A DNA stretch of 64,000 nucleotides from an uncultured Chloroflexia bacterium (GCA_963707215.1 CAVPPB010000001.1:544001-608000); one strand, 5' to 3'. Positions 29,335-39,036 are shown, numbered from the stretch's first letter. Numbers and translations: made by a program. Notes: generated by a model not told the origin, from the letters alone.

Positions 29335-30677
29335 CAACTCGCCCTCCCTGCCTGGCGATCCTGGTCGATGGCCTCGACGCGGAGGTCCAGGAAGTGGGTC
29401 GCGCAGGAGATGCAGGGGTCATAGGCCCGCACGAGCATCTCGAGGCGCTCCCGGGCAGCGTCATGGGGGAGATCGAGGACCTCCGGCGCGAAGCGGGCGA
29501 GGTCGGCCTCGATGGAGGCCTGGTTCTGGCTCGTCGGCGGGACGATCCGGGCCTCGGCCACCAGGCCTCGCTCGTCGACCTCATAGCGGTGGTACAGCAG
29601 ACCGCGAGGCGCCTCGGTGGACCAGGCACAGCGCCCGGGTCGGGGCGACCAGGTGACCCGCGGCTCGGCCGGCGACGCGTAGGCATCGATGAGGTCACGG
29701 GCCTCGGCACAGGCATGGACGAGCTCGACGGCCCGAGCCACGATCGAGCGATGCATGTTGGTCCGGATCTCGTCGGCCAGCCCGGCGGCCCGGAGCGCCT
29801 CGGCGGCCAGCGGGTGGAGGGCGTCCCCGGCCAGGGTCACCCGCGCCGCAGGTCCGAGCAGGTAGATGCGCCCGTCGCGGGTCCGGGCGTGGAGGGCGTT
29901 CGAGCCCTCGACCTGCTCCTCGACGAACGCCTCGTCCCAGGCACCGGTCGGCACGTCGATCCCGTCGCCCGAGACGATCCGGCCATGGCTGAAGGGGTAC
30001 TCGGCCTCGTCACGGAGGCTCACCAGGAGGGGCTCGCGGGTCAGGCCGGGCGTCGGCAGGCCAGCCACGAAGGCGACCGTCTCGGTGGCGAGCCGGACGG
30101 CCTCGTCGAGCCGGGCGCGGACCTCTCCGAGGGCCGCCCGTGACGGCGTCCGGCTGAAGCCGCCGACGCGGACGCTGACCGGGTGGATGCTCCGCCCGCC
30201 GAGGGCCGCCACGAGCTCGTTGCCGACCTTCTTGATCGCCAGGCCCGCGGCGACACGATCGCGATGGTCGGCGGCGAGCGCGATGGCCGACGGGTAGCCG
30301 AGGTAGTCGGGGAGATGGAGCAGGAAGACGTGCAGGGCGTGGCTCTGGATCCACTCGCCCGCGTAGAAGATCCGGCGAAGCGCCCGCACCGCCGGATCGA
30401 CCTCGATGCCGAAGCCATCCTCGAAGGCGTGGACGGCGCTCATCTGGTAGGCCACCGGGCAGATGCCACAGATCCGGGCGACGATGTCGATCACCTCGTC
30501 GGGCGCCCTCCCGACGACCAGCTGCTCGAAGTAGCGGGGCGCCTCGAAGATCGAGAACCGTGACTCGACGACCTCGCCGTCGCGGACGCGCAGCAGGAGC
30601 GAGCCTTCTCCCTCGACACGGGTCAGGTAGCCGGTCCTGTAGACGCGCTCATCGACCGGAGGCTTCGTCGTCGGCAC
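29334..30677 (-). CDS. Group 3b (sulfhydrogenase-type) [NiFe]-hydrogenase large/alpha subunit
   Basis: TRVEGEG, ARICGICPVAY, EAPRG, PPTSQN, YDPCISCATH. Confidence 0.95.
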   Translation of the reverse strand: MPTTKPPVDERVYRTGYLTRVEGEGSLLLRVRDGEVVESRFSIFEAPRYFEQLVVGRAPDEVIDIVARICGICPVAYQMSAVHAFEDGFGIEVDPAVRALRRIFYAGEWIQSHALHVFLLHLPDYLGYPSAIALAADHRDRVAAGLAIKKVGNELVAALGGRSIHPVSVRVGGFSRTPSRAALGEVRARLDEAVRLATETVAFVAGLPTPGLTREPLLVSLRDEAEYPFSHGRIVSGDGIDVPTGAWDEAFVEEQVEGSNALHARTRDGRIYLLGPAARVTLAGDALHPLAAEALRAAGLADEIRTNMHRSIVARAVELVHACAEARDLIDAYASPAEPRVTWSPRPGRCAWSTEAPRGLLYHRYEVDERGLVAEARIVPPTSQNQASIEADLARFAPEVLDLPHDAARERLEMLVRAYDPCISCATHFLDLRVEAIDQDRQAGRAS

Positions 30678-30680
30678 CGC

Positions 30681-31598
30681 CTAGCCCTCCCCGCCGGCAG
30701 GTCCGCTCGCGTGACCCTCCCGGCCCGCCGGTCGGTCGCCGAGTGGACGACCCTTCCGGGCCGGTGCCGCTGCCGCGCGGGGACCACCCCGCGCCGTGAT
30801 GGCCGATCGGAACGGCTCGGCGAAGGCCGTGAAGCCGGCGAACAGGCGGGCGACGTCGGTCGGCGGGTTGCCGGCCGACTCGAACCAGGTCGCCAGCTCG
30901 TCGGCGTTGGCGTGCTCCTTGGGGCCGAAGCAGCCGTAGCAGCCGCGACCGAAGGCCGGACAGATGGCGCCGCAGCCGGTCCGCGTCACCGGCCCGAGGC
31001 AGGGTGTTCCATCGACCACCAGCACGCAGGTGATGCCGCGACGCTTGCACTCGAGGCAGACGGCCTCGTCACGGATCTGCGGCCGGCGACCCAGGGAGAG
31101 GGATACGAGCAGCTCGCGGAGCAGTCCAGGAGCGATGGGGCACCCGTGGAGCTCGGCATCGACCGGGACGTGAGCCGCCACCGGGGTCGCCTCGGCGAGC
31201 GACTCGACAAGTTCCGGCCGGGCATATACGGCAGCCCGGATGTCGTCGTGGTCCGCCCAGTTGCGGAGGGCCTGGATGCCGCCCGTCGTCGCACAGGCCC
31301 CGATGGTCACCAGGAGGCGCGCCTGGCGCCGCAGCTCGGCGATCTCGCGGACCTGGTCCGGGGTGCTGATCGAACCCTCGACCAGGAGGACGTCATAGGG
31401 CCCGCTGGAGCGGCGCGAACTGGCCTCGGGGAACTCGACGATCTCGAACCGCTCGGCGATCTCCAGCAGCTCGTCTTCGAGGTCGAGGAGCGTCAGCTGG
31501 CAGCCGTCACACGAGGCGAACTTGACGACCCCGATCCGGAGCCGCGCCGGTCCGGCCGCGGTTCCGAAACCATGGGTCGCGCCCGTCGGCCCGGTCAT
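30681..31598 (-). CDS. Group 3b hydrogenase small/delta subunit
   Basis: KFASCDGCQL, GACATTGG, GCP, VCLECK, CLGPVT..GCGAICP...RGCYGC. Confidence 0.94.
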   Translation of the reverse strand: MTGPTGATHGFGTAAGPARLRIGVVKFASCDGCQLTLLDLEDELLEIAERFEIVEFPEASSRRSSGPYDVLLVEGSISTPDQVREIAELRRQARLLVTIGACATTGGIQALRNWADHDDIRAAVYARPELVESLAEATPVAAHVPVDAELHGCPIAPGLLRELLVSLSLGRRPQIRDEAVCLECKRRGITCVLVVDGTPCLGPVTRTGCGAICPAFGRGCYGCFGPKEHANADELATWFESAGNPPTDVARLFAGFTAFAEPFRSAITARGGPRAAAAPARKGRPLGDRPAGREGHASGPAGGEG

Positions 31599-33637
31599 CA
31601 CATGCCCTCCCGGGCGAAGACGTGGGAGAGCTGGGCCAGGGAGAAGACCGGGCCGTCACGGCAGATGAAGAAGGGCCCCAGCTGGCAGTGGCCGCACAGG
31701 CCGATGCCGCACTCCATATGTCGCTCCATCGTCACGAAGACCCGGTCGGGCGTGAGACCGCGCTCGTAGAGGGCCTCCGCCGTAGCGGCCATCATCCGCT
31801 CGGGGCCGCAGACGAAAGCCACGGCCCGCGAGCCGTCCCAGGTCGCCCGATCGAAGAGGTGGGTCACGATGCCGACCGGGCCCGTCCAGCCGGACTCGAC
31901 CCCCGCCCGGTCGACCGTCACGGCCACCTCGAAGTCGTCCCGGCCGGCGAGCCGCTCGAGATCGTCGGCGAACAGGAGGTCCCGGGGCGTCCGGGCCCCG
32001 TAGTAGAGGCGGATGGACCCGAAGCGGAGCCGCTGGGCAAGGACAGCGTCGAGCAGCGGCCGCAGCGGGGCGAGCCCGATGCCGCCGGTGACCACGATGA
32101 CGTCGCGACCGACCGCCCGCTCGACCGGCCAATCGGTCCCGAGGGGTCCGCGGAGCCCCAGCTCGTCGCCCCGCGCCAGGCCGATCAGCTGGGTCGTTGC
32201 CGGCCCGGCCGCCCGGATCGTCAGCTCGATACCGTCCGGACGGTAGCGACTGATCGAGATCGGCAGCGGCGGGAAGCCCGGCAGGTCGACCATCACGAAC
32301 TGCCCCGGGGCACCGGCCGGGAAGGCTGGGTCCAGTCGGTCGAGGACCAGGGTCGAGACATCGGCCGTCTCCGGGCGGATCGCCCGGACCCGGGCCACCG
32401 TGTAGGCGGCCGGGGTCGTCGCAGCGGGCTCAAGGTCCGCGGCCCGGACCTCCAGTGGCGGGGCCACGGTGGCCAGTTCCTCGCGGACGTCGATGCCGAC
32501 CGGGCACCAGGTGATGCAGCGTCCGCAGCCGACGCAGCCGGACGTCCCGAACTGGTCGATCCATGTCGCGAACTTGTGGGTCAGCCACTGGCGATAGCGG
32601 TCCCTGGCGCGGCTGCGGAAGTTGCCCCCGGCGACCTTGGCGAAGCCGATCGTGAAGCAGCTGTCCCAGGTCCGTTCGCTGGTGCTGACCTTCCCGTCGA
32701 GGTCGGAGCGCTGGACCACGCTGCTGCAGAAGCATGTGGGGCAGACCAGGGTGCAGTTGCCGCAGGTGAGGCAGCGGGTGGCGGTCCCGAGCCAGCGGGG
32801 GCTGTCCCACTGGGCCAGCAGGCGGTCGTGGAGTCCCTCCGTCTCGACCGGGTCACCGATGGCGACCCGGACGGCCTCGACCTGGCGACCGGCCTCGAGG
32901 ATCCGTTCCGGCGACGCGGCCGCGAGGGGGAGATGGGCCAGGACCTCCGCTCCCGCCGCGGTACCGGCCCTGACCACGAAGCCGTCGTCGAGCTCCGAGA
33001 GGACGAGGTCGGCCCCGTCGCGTACCTCGGGACCCGTGCCCATCGAGGTGCAGAAGCAGGTCCCGCCGGCGACCGAGCACTCGACCGCCACGATGAACTG
33101 CGCGGCCCGCCGCGCCCGGAAGTCATCGTCCGTGAACGGGCCACCGAGGAAGACCCGGTCCTGGATCGCCAGGCCGGCCAGCTCGCAGGCCCGCAGGCCG
33201 ATGGCTGCCACCCTGGGGGCGTCGGGCACCGCGGGCACGAAGCTGACCGAACCCTCATCCCGTGTCCCGACGGACAGCGGTACGTGCGGTGGGAAGGTCG
33301 TCCGCTTCACCCCGCCCGGGCCGACCGTGAACCGGAACTGCCGCGGATCGTCGTCGTCGCGCCCGAGACGGTATCTCCCGGGGGCCTGCTCGTCGCGCCA
33401 GCCACGCGGCAACTCGTCGGTGGAGGCGATCTCGTCGAACACGATGGCCCCATCCCTGACCGTCGGACCCAGGACGACCCGGCCGTCCGCCCGGAGGTGG
33501 TCGATCAGGACCTGGAGGTTGGCGCGGGCCAGGAACCAGGCCCCCTCGGTCGGGCCGGGATCGCGGCCTGGCGTACCGCCGGTGCTCCAAGCCTGCGACG
33601 GCGGGACCCGCGGGGTGGACATGGGGTGACCAGCCAT
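31598..33637 (-). CDS. Fused group 3b hydrogenase beta (4Fe-4S) + gamma (FAD/NAD(P), 2Fe-2S) subunit
   Basis: One ORF containing [23 protein letters not shown] and [12 protein letters not shown], then [20 protein letters not shown] and [11 protein letters not shown]. Confidence 0.9.
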   Translation of the reverse strand: MAGHPMSTPRVPPSQAWSTGGTPGRDPGPTEGAWFLARANLQVLIDHLRADGRVVLGPTVRDGAIVFDEIASTDELPRGWRDEQAPGRYRLGRDDDDPRQFRFTVGPGGVKRTTFPPHVPLSVGTRDEGSVSFVPAVPDAPRVAAIGLRACELAGLAIQDRVFLGGPFTDDDFRARRAAQFIVAVECSVAGGTCFCTSMGTGPEVRDGADLVLSELDDGFVVRAGTAAGAEVLAHLPLAAASPERILEAGRQVEAVRVAIGDPVETEGLHDRLLAQWDSPRWLGTATRCLTCGNCTLVCPTCFCSSVVQRSDLDGKVSTSERTWDSCFTIGFAKVAGGNFRSRARDRYRQWLTHKFATWIDQFGTSGCVGCGRCITWCPVGIDVREELATVAPPLEVRAADLEPAATTPAAYTVARVRAIRPETADVSTLVLDRLDPAFPAGAPGQFVMVDLPGFPPLPISISRYRPDGIELTIRAAGPATTQLIGLARGDELGLRGPLGTDWPVERAVGRDVIVVTGGIGLAPLRPLLDAVLAQRLRFGSIRLYYGARTPRDLLFADDLERLAGRDDFEVAVTVDRAGVESGWTGPVGIVTHLFDRATWDGSRAVAFVCGPERMMAATAEALYERGLTPDRVFVTMERHMECGIGLCGHCQLGPFFICRDGPVFSLAQLSHVFAREGM

Positions 33638-33672
33638 GTCCGCATCGTCGGGGTCCCGACGATCCGAGGGCA

Positions 33673-33753
33673 GGGCCGCGGGTCGCCGGGCCTGCGTGCC
33701 GAGCGGACCGAGTGGGTGCAGGCAGGTCCCGACCGCCACCGGCCGTTCGGCCC
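33673..33753. promoter_or_regulatory. Four phased DosR-type boxes upstream of the group 3b hydrogenase
   Basis: Sites start at 33673, 33696, 33717 and 33740 (spacing 23/21/23). Best match is CGGCC-GTTC-GGCCC; the third site is weak. Confidence 0.5.
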
Positions 33754-33777
33754 CCGGCGGGGACCGAGTGGGCGACC

Positions 33778-34266
33778 CTACCAGGCAGCCTCGCCCTGGG
33801 CGGCGAAGAGGTCGAGGAGTTGCTCCCGCGTCGCGATGAGCCGCCGGGTGACGGCCTGGAGGAGGCGTGGATAGACGGTCGTGGCCAGGCGGCAGTCCGA
33901 GCGGAGCAGCCCCCGGAGAGCCGCGCCGTCGAAGGCGACCAGCTCGACCGGCTCGAGCGCCGTCGCGGTCGAGGTCGCCCGATGCGGCGTCGTCAGCGCA
34001 GACCAGCCGATGATGTCGCCTGGCTCGACGGTCAGGATCGTGACCGCGCCCCGCTCTGGGACCAGGACGCTCAGGGCCACCCGACCTTGGCGCACGATGC
34101 CGAAGACCGTGCTCTCCTCGCCCTCGCGGAGCAGCTCGTCTCCGGGCTCGTACCGATGGATGCGAGCGAGCTCCGCCAGGATGGAGCCGGCCTCTGCCGG
34201 CAGGTTGGCGCCGAACCAGGCCAGGGCGGGATCGTTGGCCGCGACCTGCCCATCACCGATGGCCAT
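33778..34266 (-). CDS. Cyclic-nucleotide-binding domain protein (Crp/Fnr-like, no HTH)
   Basis: LLREGE, GRVAL, PGDIIGWSAL, RLIATREQLLDL; typical partner of group 3b operons. Confidence 0.85.
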   Translation of the reverse strand: MAIGDGQVAANDPALAWFGANLPAEAGSILAELARIHRYEPGDELLREGEESTVFGIVRQGRVALSVLVPERGAVTILTVEPGDIIGWSALTTPHRATSTATALEPVELVAFDGAALRGLLRSDCRLATTVYPRLLQAVTRRLIATREQLLDLFAAQGEAAW

Positions 34267-34276
34267 CCGGGAGGCC

Positions 34277-34645
34277 TCAGGCCTCGAGCCTGCGGAGCTG
34301 CTCGACGAGTGCCGCCTCCGTCACCTCGCCGGCCGGCTCGACATCGACGAGCCGGTCGGGGTGGTGGAAGATCGCGACGTATTCGCGCTCCAGCTGGGTC
34401 CGCAGCCCGCTTGAGCCCATGATGAGTACCCGAGCCGCATCACCGACCTGGTGGGCGATACGGCCGAGGTAGGTCGCCTCGTCTTCGCTGCAGGTCACCC
34501 GGACGACGTCGACCCAGCCGCTCGCGGTCCTCCGAGCGACGATCGTCGTCTCCGGTCCGACCCAGGCGAGGGCCGCCACCCGTCGAAGCGGGTCGGTGGC
34601 AGTAGCAGGTGTCGTTGTCTCGGGAGCCCTATGTCGGCCCTGCAT
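34277..34645 (-). CDS. Hypothetical protein resembling small eRF1-domain-2/baeRF-like 'translational machinery' proteins
   Basis: VGDAARVLIMGSSGLRTQLE...RLVDVEPAGEVTEAALV pattern; GGAGG RBS. Confidence 0.5.
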   Translation of the reverse strand: MQGRHRAPETTTPATATDPLRRVAALAWVGPETTIVARRTASGWVDVVRVTCSEDEATYLGRIAHQVGDAARVLIMGSSGLRTQLEREYVAIFHHPDRLVDVEPAGEVTEAALVEQLRRLEA

Positions 34646-34692
34646 CGATGTACCTCCGGGTGAACTGTCCCTCCGGTCGGCGGGGAGAGCGT

Positions 34693-34706
34693 GTGCCGTC
34701 GGTCCC
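34693..34706. promoter_or_regulatory. DosR-type box
   Basis: GTGCC-GTCG-GTCCC upstream of the ORF starting at 34645. Confidence 0.45.
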
Positions 34707-34791
34707 GAAGCGTGGGTCGCACCGTCACGGGCGGCCGGGACCAGGAGAGCGGGCGTGCCGGGCCGCGAACCGGACCGGCTGATCGCCGGGC

Positions 34792-36132
34792 TCAGCTCGG
34801 CGCCGAGACGGAGCCGGCCGCCGCGATGATCGGCGCCAGGAGCGAGCCGAGCGAGGGCCCGGCCACCTCCTCGAGCTCGTAGCGGACGCGGACCACCGGC
34901 TTCTCGGGGTGCAGCACCCGGGTGAGATCGATCGGCGTGGCTGCCAGGACCAGGTCGGCGGGGACCGCGTTGAGGGTCGTCTCGAGCTCCTTCACCTGGG
35001 CATCGCCGTAGCCCATGGCGGGCAGGAGCGGGCCCAGAGCCGGGTACCTGGCAAGGGTCGCTGCGAGGGCGCCGGTCGCGAACGGCCGCGGATCGACGAC
35101 CTCGGCGGCCCCGAAGCGCTCGGCGGCCACGATCCCGGCCCCGAAGGTCATCCCGCCATGGGTCAGGGTCGGTCCGTCCTCGACGACCACGACGCGCTTC
35201 CCCGCGATGTCGCCACCCTCGAGGGCCAGCGCTGATCGAGCCTCGATCACCGTGGCATCGGGAGCCAGCTCGGCGACGCTGGCCCGGACGGTGGCCAGGC
35301 CCTCCGGGCTCGCCGAGTCGACCTTGTTGATGACGACGACGTCGGCCAGGCGCAGGTTGGTCTCGCCGGGGTGGTACCGGCGCTCGTCGCCCGGGCGCAA
35401 CGGGTCGACGACGACGACGGCCAAGTCGGGCCGATAGAAGGGCAGGTCGTTGTTGCCGCCGTCCCAGAGGACCACGTCGGCCTCGGACTCGGCGGCGGCA
35501 AGGATGGCCGCGTAGTCGACGCCGGCGAAGACGATCCGGCCGGCATCCAGGTGCGGCTCGTACTCCTCGCGCTCCTCGATCGTCGTCCGGTTCGCGTCGA
35601 GGTCACCGTACGAGGCGAACCGCTGGACCCGCTGGGCGGCAAGGTCGCCGTAGGGCATCGGGTGGCGGACCACAGCGGTGCGGAGCCCGGCAGCCTCGAG
35701 GATGGAGGCGACCCGACGCGTCGTCTGGCTCTTGCCCGAGCCCGTTCGAACGGCACATACCGAGACGACCGGTCGACTGCTCTGGAGCATCGTCCGGGTG
35801 GGTGCGTGGAGAACGAACTCGGCCCCCCCGGCCAGCGCCCGGCTGGCGGCGTGCATCACCGTCTCGTGGCTGACGTCGCTATAGCAGAAGGCGACCCGGT
35901 CCACCTGGCGCTCGCGGATGATGGCCTCCAGCTCGGCCTCGGGCTCGATCGCGATCCCCTCGGGGTAGAGCGGGCCGGCCAGCACCGCCGGATAGCGGCG
36001 ATCGTCGATGCCGGGGATCTGGGTGGCGGTGAAGGCGACGACCTCGACCGTCGGATCCTCGCGGTACAGGACGTTGAAGTCGTGGAAGTCACGCCCGGCC
36101 GCCCCCATGATCGCGACGCGGGTCCGGGTCAT
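34792..36132 (-). CDS. Cyclic 2,3-diphosphoglycerate synthetase-like P-loop GTPase
   Basis: IMGAAGRDFH, TATQIP, RTGSGKS, RHPMPYG, EEREEYE, WDGGNND, EDGPTLTHGGM. Confidence 0.88.
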   Translation of the reverse strand: MTRTRVAIMGAAGRDFHDFNVLYREDPTVEVVAFTATQIPGIDDRRYPAVLAGPLYPEGIAIEPEAELEAIIRERQVDRVAFCYSDVSHETVMHAASRALAGGAEFVLHAPTRTMLQSSRPVVSVCAVRTGSGKSQTTRRVASILEAAGLRTAVVRHPMPYGDLAAQRVQRFASYGDLDANRTTIEEREEYEPHLDAGRIVFAGVDYAAILAAAESEADVVLWDGGNNDLPFYRPDLAVVVVDPLRPGDERRYHPGETNLRLADVVVINKVDSASPEGLATVRASVAELAPDATVIEARSALALEGGDIAGKRVVVVEDGPTLTHGGMTFGAGIVAAERFGAAEVVDPRPFATGALAATLARYPALGPLLPAMGYGDAQVKELETTLNAVPADLVLAATPIDLTRVLHPEKPVVRVRYELEEVAGPSLGSLLAPIIAAAGSVSAPS

Positions 36133-36590
36133 CGAGCACCTCCATGGGCCATCGTCGGCCCTACGGGATGGGAACGCGCCTCGACCCTGGATCCGGCCGT
36201 GCCGGCCGCGCACAGGTCGCGAAGGCGACGCACGAGGGCGTCGCCCTCGATCTGCTTGAGCAGGACGGCCCCGACGCCGGCCTCGCCGGCCGAGCGGCGC
36301 GCATCGGCACTCCAGTAGGCCGCCAGCAGGGCGATCCGGCACGGCTCGATGCCATCGAGCGCGAGCAGGACCGCCTGCCAGCCTCCGTGCACGGCCGCAT
36401 CGACGACGACGACGTCCGGGTGCGTCTCGTCGGCGGCCCGGGCCGCGGTCCGGGCGGAGGACGCCACGCTGACGACGAACCCGTGGCGGGCGAGATGCGA
36501 CCGCAGCGCCTCCCCTGAGATGGCGTCGTCGCAGACGAGCAGGAGGGGACGGCGGGGTGCACCGGGAGGATGGGGCGCCGGCCGTTCCAT
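36129..36590 (-). CDS. Stand-alone atypical response-regulator receiver protein
   Basis: LLLVCDD, PDVVVVD, GAVLLK CheY-like pattern; stop overlaps the next ATG. Confidence 0.65.
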   Translation of the reverse strand: MERPAPHPPGAPRRPLLLVCDDAISGEALRSHLARHGFVVSVASSARTAARAADETHPDVVVVDAAVHGGWQAVLLALDGIEPCRIALLAAYWSADARRSAGEAGVGAVLLKQIEGDALVRRLRDLCAAGTAGSRVEARSHPVGPTMAHGGAR

Positions 36591-36626
36591 GGCCCCGAGG
36601 GTGCGCGTGGCCCCGGGTCGGTCATA

Positions 36627-36774
36627 GGGACGACGGACCCGTTCGTCCGGTCCGTCCGGCCCGCCGGACCCGGGCTCGGCTGGTGACCTTCAGCGGCGGC
36701 GGCCCCCCTGCCGGGCTGGCCCTCGGATTCGTGACCTTCGGCCCATCCCCCACCCTGTCCGGGCTGGGCACGAT
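36627..36774. promoter_or_regulatory. Divergent promoter region with DosR-type boxes
   Basis: GGGAC-GACG-GACCC (36627), GGTCC-GTCC-GGCCC (36649, 22 bp later), GTGAC-CTTC-GGCCC (36731); + strand CACGAT (36769-36774). Confidence 0.55.
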
Positions 36775-36780
36775 GCGGTC

Positions 36781-36855
36781 CGAGGTGGGTGCCGGAGGGG
36801 ACGCCCGGTGCCCACCCCGAACCCTCGTCGCGCGGCGACGGGGGCTTCTTCGTCT
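36781..36855 (+). ncRNA. Candidate small RNA (two hairpins, the second terminator-like)
   Basis: 12-bp stem 36784-36795/36805-36816 and 10-bp stem 36822-36831/36835-36844 followed by CUUCUU. G-U pairs form only on the + strand. Starts just after the promoter. Confidence 0.5.
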
Positions 36856-36990
36856 CCGGGCTCGATCGCCAGCACCGCTGCACGATCGGCAGCCCGGGCG
36901 GTGGTCCCGGCTATCGCCCCGGGGGTCAAGGCCGACGCGGTCGCTGCGACGTCGGGCAGGGCGGCCGAGGCTCGGACGGACCGGCGAACC

Positions 36991-38262
36991 TCACAACCAG
37001 TGGGTGGTCCTGGCCTGGGCGAGGAGATCCTCGCGGAAGTCCGGATGCGCGATCCCGATCAGCTCGAGCGCCCGCTCCCGGACCGACTTGCCCCACAGCT
37101 GGGCGACCCCCCACTCGGTCACGATCGTGCGCGCATGGCCCCGGGTCGTCACGACGCCGGCGCCCTCCTTGAGGAACGGGGCGATCCTCGACACCCGACC
37201 GCCGGCTGCCGTCGACGGCAGGACGATGATGGCCTGGCCTTCGGCCGCCAGGGTCGCCCCGCGGACGAAGTCCATCTGGCCGCCGATCCCGCTGTACATC
37301 TGCCAGCCGATGGAGTCGGCCACGACCTGGCCGGTCAGGTCGACCTCGATGGCCGAGTTGATCGAGACCATCCGCGAGAACGAGCGGATGACATGGGTGT
37401 CGTTGGTGAAGTCGACGGCCCGCATCTCGACCATCGGGTTGTCGTGGACGAAGTCGTAGAGGCGCTGCGTGCCCATCAGGAACGCGGCGACGATCTTGCC
37501 CCGGTTGCGCTCCTTGCGGGCCCCCGTGACCACGCCCTTCTCGACGAGGTCGACGACCACGTCGGTGAACATCTCGGTGTGGATCCCGAGGTCCCGCTTG
37601 TGGGCCAGGGCCAGGGCGACCGCGGCCGGGATGGCGCCGATGCCCATCTGGACCGTCGCTCCGTCCGGGATGAGATCGGCCACGAACTCGCCGATCCGGC
37701 GCTCCAGGTCCCCGATCTCCGGCACCGGCCGCTCGTAGGGCGGCTCGTGGACCTCCACGCCGAGGTCGATCTGGTTCACGTGGATGAACGACTCGCCGAG
37801 GGTGCGGGGCATGGCCGAGTTGAACTGGACGATGACCGTCCGGGCGGCGTCGATGGCGGCCTGCATCGCCTCCACTGAGACCCCCAGCGAGCAGAACCCG
37901 TGGGCATCCGGGGGGGTCGCGTTGACCAGCACCGCGTCGAGGGGGATGATCCGGCGCTTGAAGAGGACCGGCACGTCGGACAGGAAGGTCGGGATGAAGT
38001 CGGCCCGACCCTCGTTGACGGCCCCGCGGGCATTCGGGCCGATGAAGAGGGCCCGATGGCGGAAGTGCGGAGCCATCTCCGGCGCCAGGTGCGGACCCGG
38101 ACCCTCGGTGTGCAGATGGATCATCTGGACGTCGCGGAGCTCGGGAGCCCGGGCCACCAGGGCGTCGAGGAGGACGCTGGGGGTGGCGGCGGCGCACTGG
38201 ACGTAGACGGTCTGGTGTGAGCGGATCCCGGCGACGGCCTCGCCGGGGGTGACGATCCTCAT
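36991..38262 (-). CDS. Acetyl-CoA hydrolase/transferase (4-hydroxybutyrate CoA-transferase family)
   Basis: QMGIGAIP, LGIHTEM (catalytic Glu), INSAIEVDLTGQ, GIGGQMDF, IAHPDFRE. Confidence 0.93.
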   Translation of the reverse strand: MRIVTPGEAVAGIRSHQTVYVQCAAATPSVLLDALVARAPELRDVQMIHLHTEGPGPHLAPEMAPHFRHRALFIGPNARGAVNEGRADFIPTFLSDVPVLFKRRIIPLDAVLVNATPPDAHGFCSLGVSVEAMQAAIDAARTVIVQFNSAMPRTLGESFIHVNQIDLGVEVHEPPYERPVPEIGDLERRIGEFVADLIPDGATVQMGIGAIPAAVALALAHKRDLGIHTEMFTDVVVDLVEKGVVTGARKERNRGKIVAAFLMGTQRLYDFVHDNPMVEMRAVDFTNDTHVIRSFSRMVSINSAIEVDLTGQVVADSIGWQMYSGIGGQMDFVRGATLAAEGQAIIVLPSTAAGGRVSRIAPFLKEGAGVVTTRGHARTIVTEWGVAQLWGKSVRERALELIGIAHPDFREDLLAQARTTHWL

Positions 38263-38269
38263 GTCGGCC

Positions 38270-38334
38270 AGTCTACGGGCGGTGACCGAGAGGCCGTGCG
38301 GGCCGAACGGACCGGGGCCGGGGCCGCGTGTCCT
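38270..38334 (-). promoter_or_regulatory. Leaderless promoter with paired DosR-type boxes
   Basis: TAGACT 7 nt before the ATG; GGGCC-GAAC-GGACC (38300) and GGGCC-GCGT-GTCCT (38321). Confidence 0.55.
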
Positions 38335-38361
38335 GCCGATGGACCGGCCGGTGGCGGGCGC

Positions 38362-39036
38362 CTAGGCCCCGCCGCCGCCGATGCGGTGCTTGGCGACGAA
38401 CGCGGCCGCCTGGGCCCGACGTTCCAGGTTGAGCTTCGAGAGGATCGAGCTCACGTAGTTCTTGACGGTCTTGTCCGACAGGAAGACCTCGGCGGCGATC
38501 TCCTTGTTCGTCTTGCCCTCGGCCACCAGCAGGAGGATCTTCTGCTCCTGGGCGGTGAGCTGAGCGAGCTCATCGGTATAGGCGCCGGTGGCGATCCGGC
38601 GGACCCGGTCGAGGACCTTCTCCGTGACCGCCGGGTCGAGAAGCAATTCGCCACGGCCGACGCTCTCGAGGGCGGCGACGAGGTCGCGGGCCCGGATCTG
38701 CTTGAGGAGGTACCCGGACGCGCCCGCGACGATCGCCGACAGCACGGCCTCCTCGTCCGGGTAGCTCGTCAGCATGACCACCCGGGTGGCCGGCAGCTCC
38801 GCCCGGATCTCCCGGCAGGCCTCGATCCCGGAACCGTCGGGCAGTCGGACGTCCATGATCACGATGTCGGGCTGGAAGCGGCGGGTCTGCTCCAGGGATT
38901 CGGCGACCGACCCCGCCTCCGCCACGACCTGGAATCCCGCACGGCGGTCAAGGAGGGCCACGAGGCCTTGGCGGACGACCTCATGGTCGTCGACCACGAG
39001 GAGCCGCAGCGGCCGGGCCTGGGACGTCTCGGTCAC
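38362..39036 (-). CDS. DosR/DevR-like NarL-family response regulator
   Basis: VDDHEVVRQGL, DVRLPDGSGIEACR, LTSY.DEEA, AGASGYLLK, TNKEIA..FLSDKTVKNYVSSILSKL..RRAQAA (DosR-like HTH). Confidence 0.9.
   Translation of the reverse strand: MTETSQARPLRLLVVDDHEVVRQGLVALLDRRAGFQVVAEAGSVAESLEQTRRFQPDIVIMDVRLPDGSGIEACREIRAELPATRVVMLTSYPDEEAVLSAIVAGASGYLLKQIRARDLVAALESVGRGELLLDPAVTEKVLDRVRRIATGAYTDELAQLTAQEQKILLLVAEGKTNKEIAAEVFLSDKTVKNYVSSILSKLNLERRAQAAAFVAKHRIGGGGA

Noticed and set aside
36781-36855. Actinobacterial 6C RNA on the minus strand, or a tRNA
   Set aside because: Only one C-rich loop, minus-strand stems would contain A-C mismatches, and there is no cloverleaf or T-loop.
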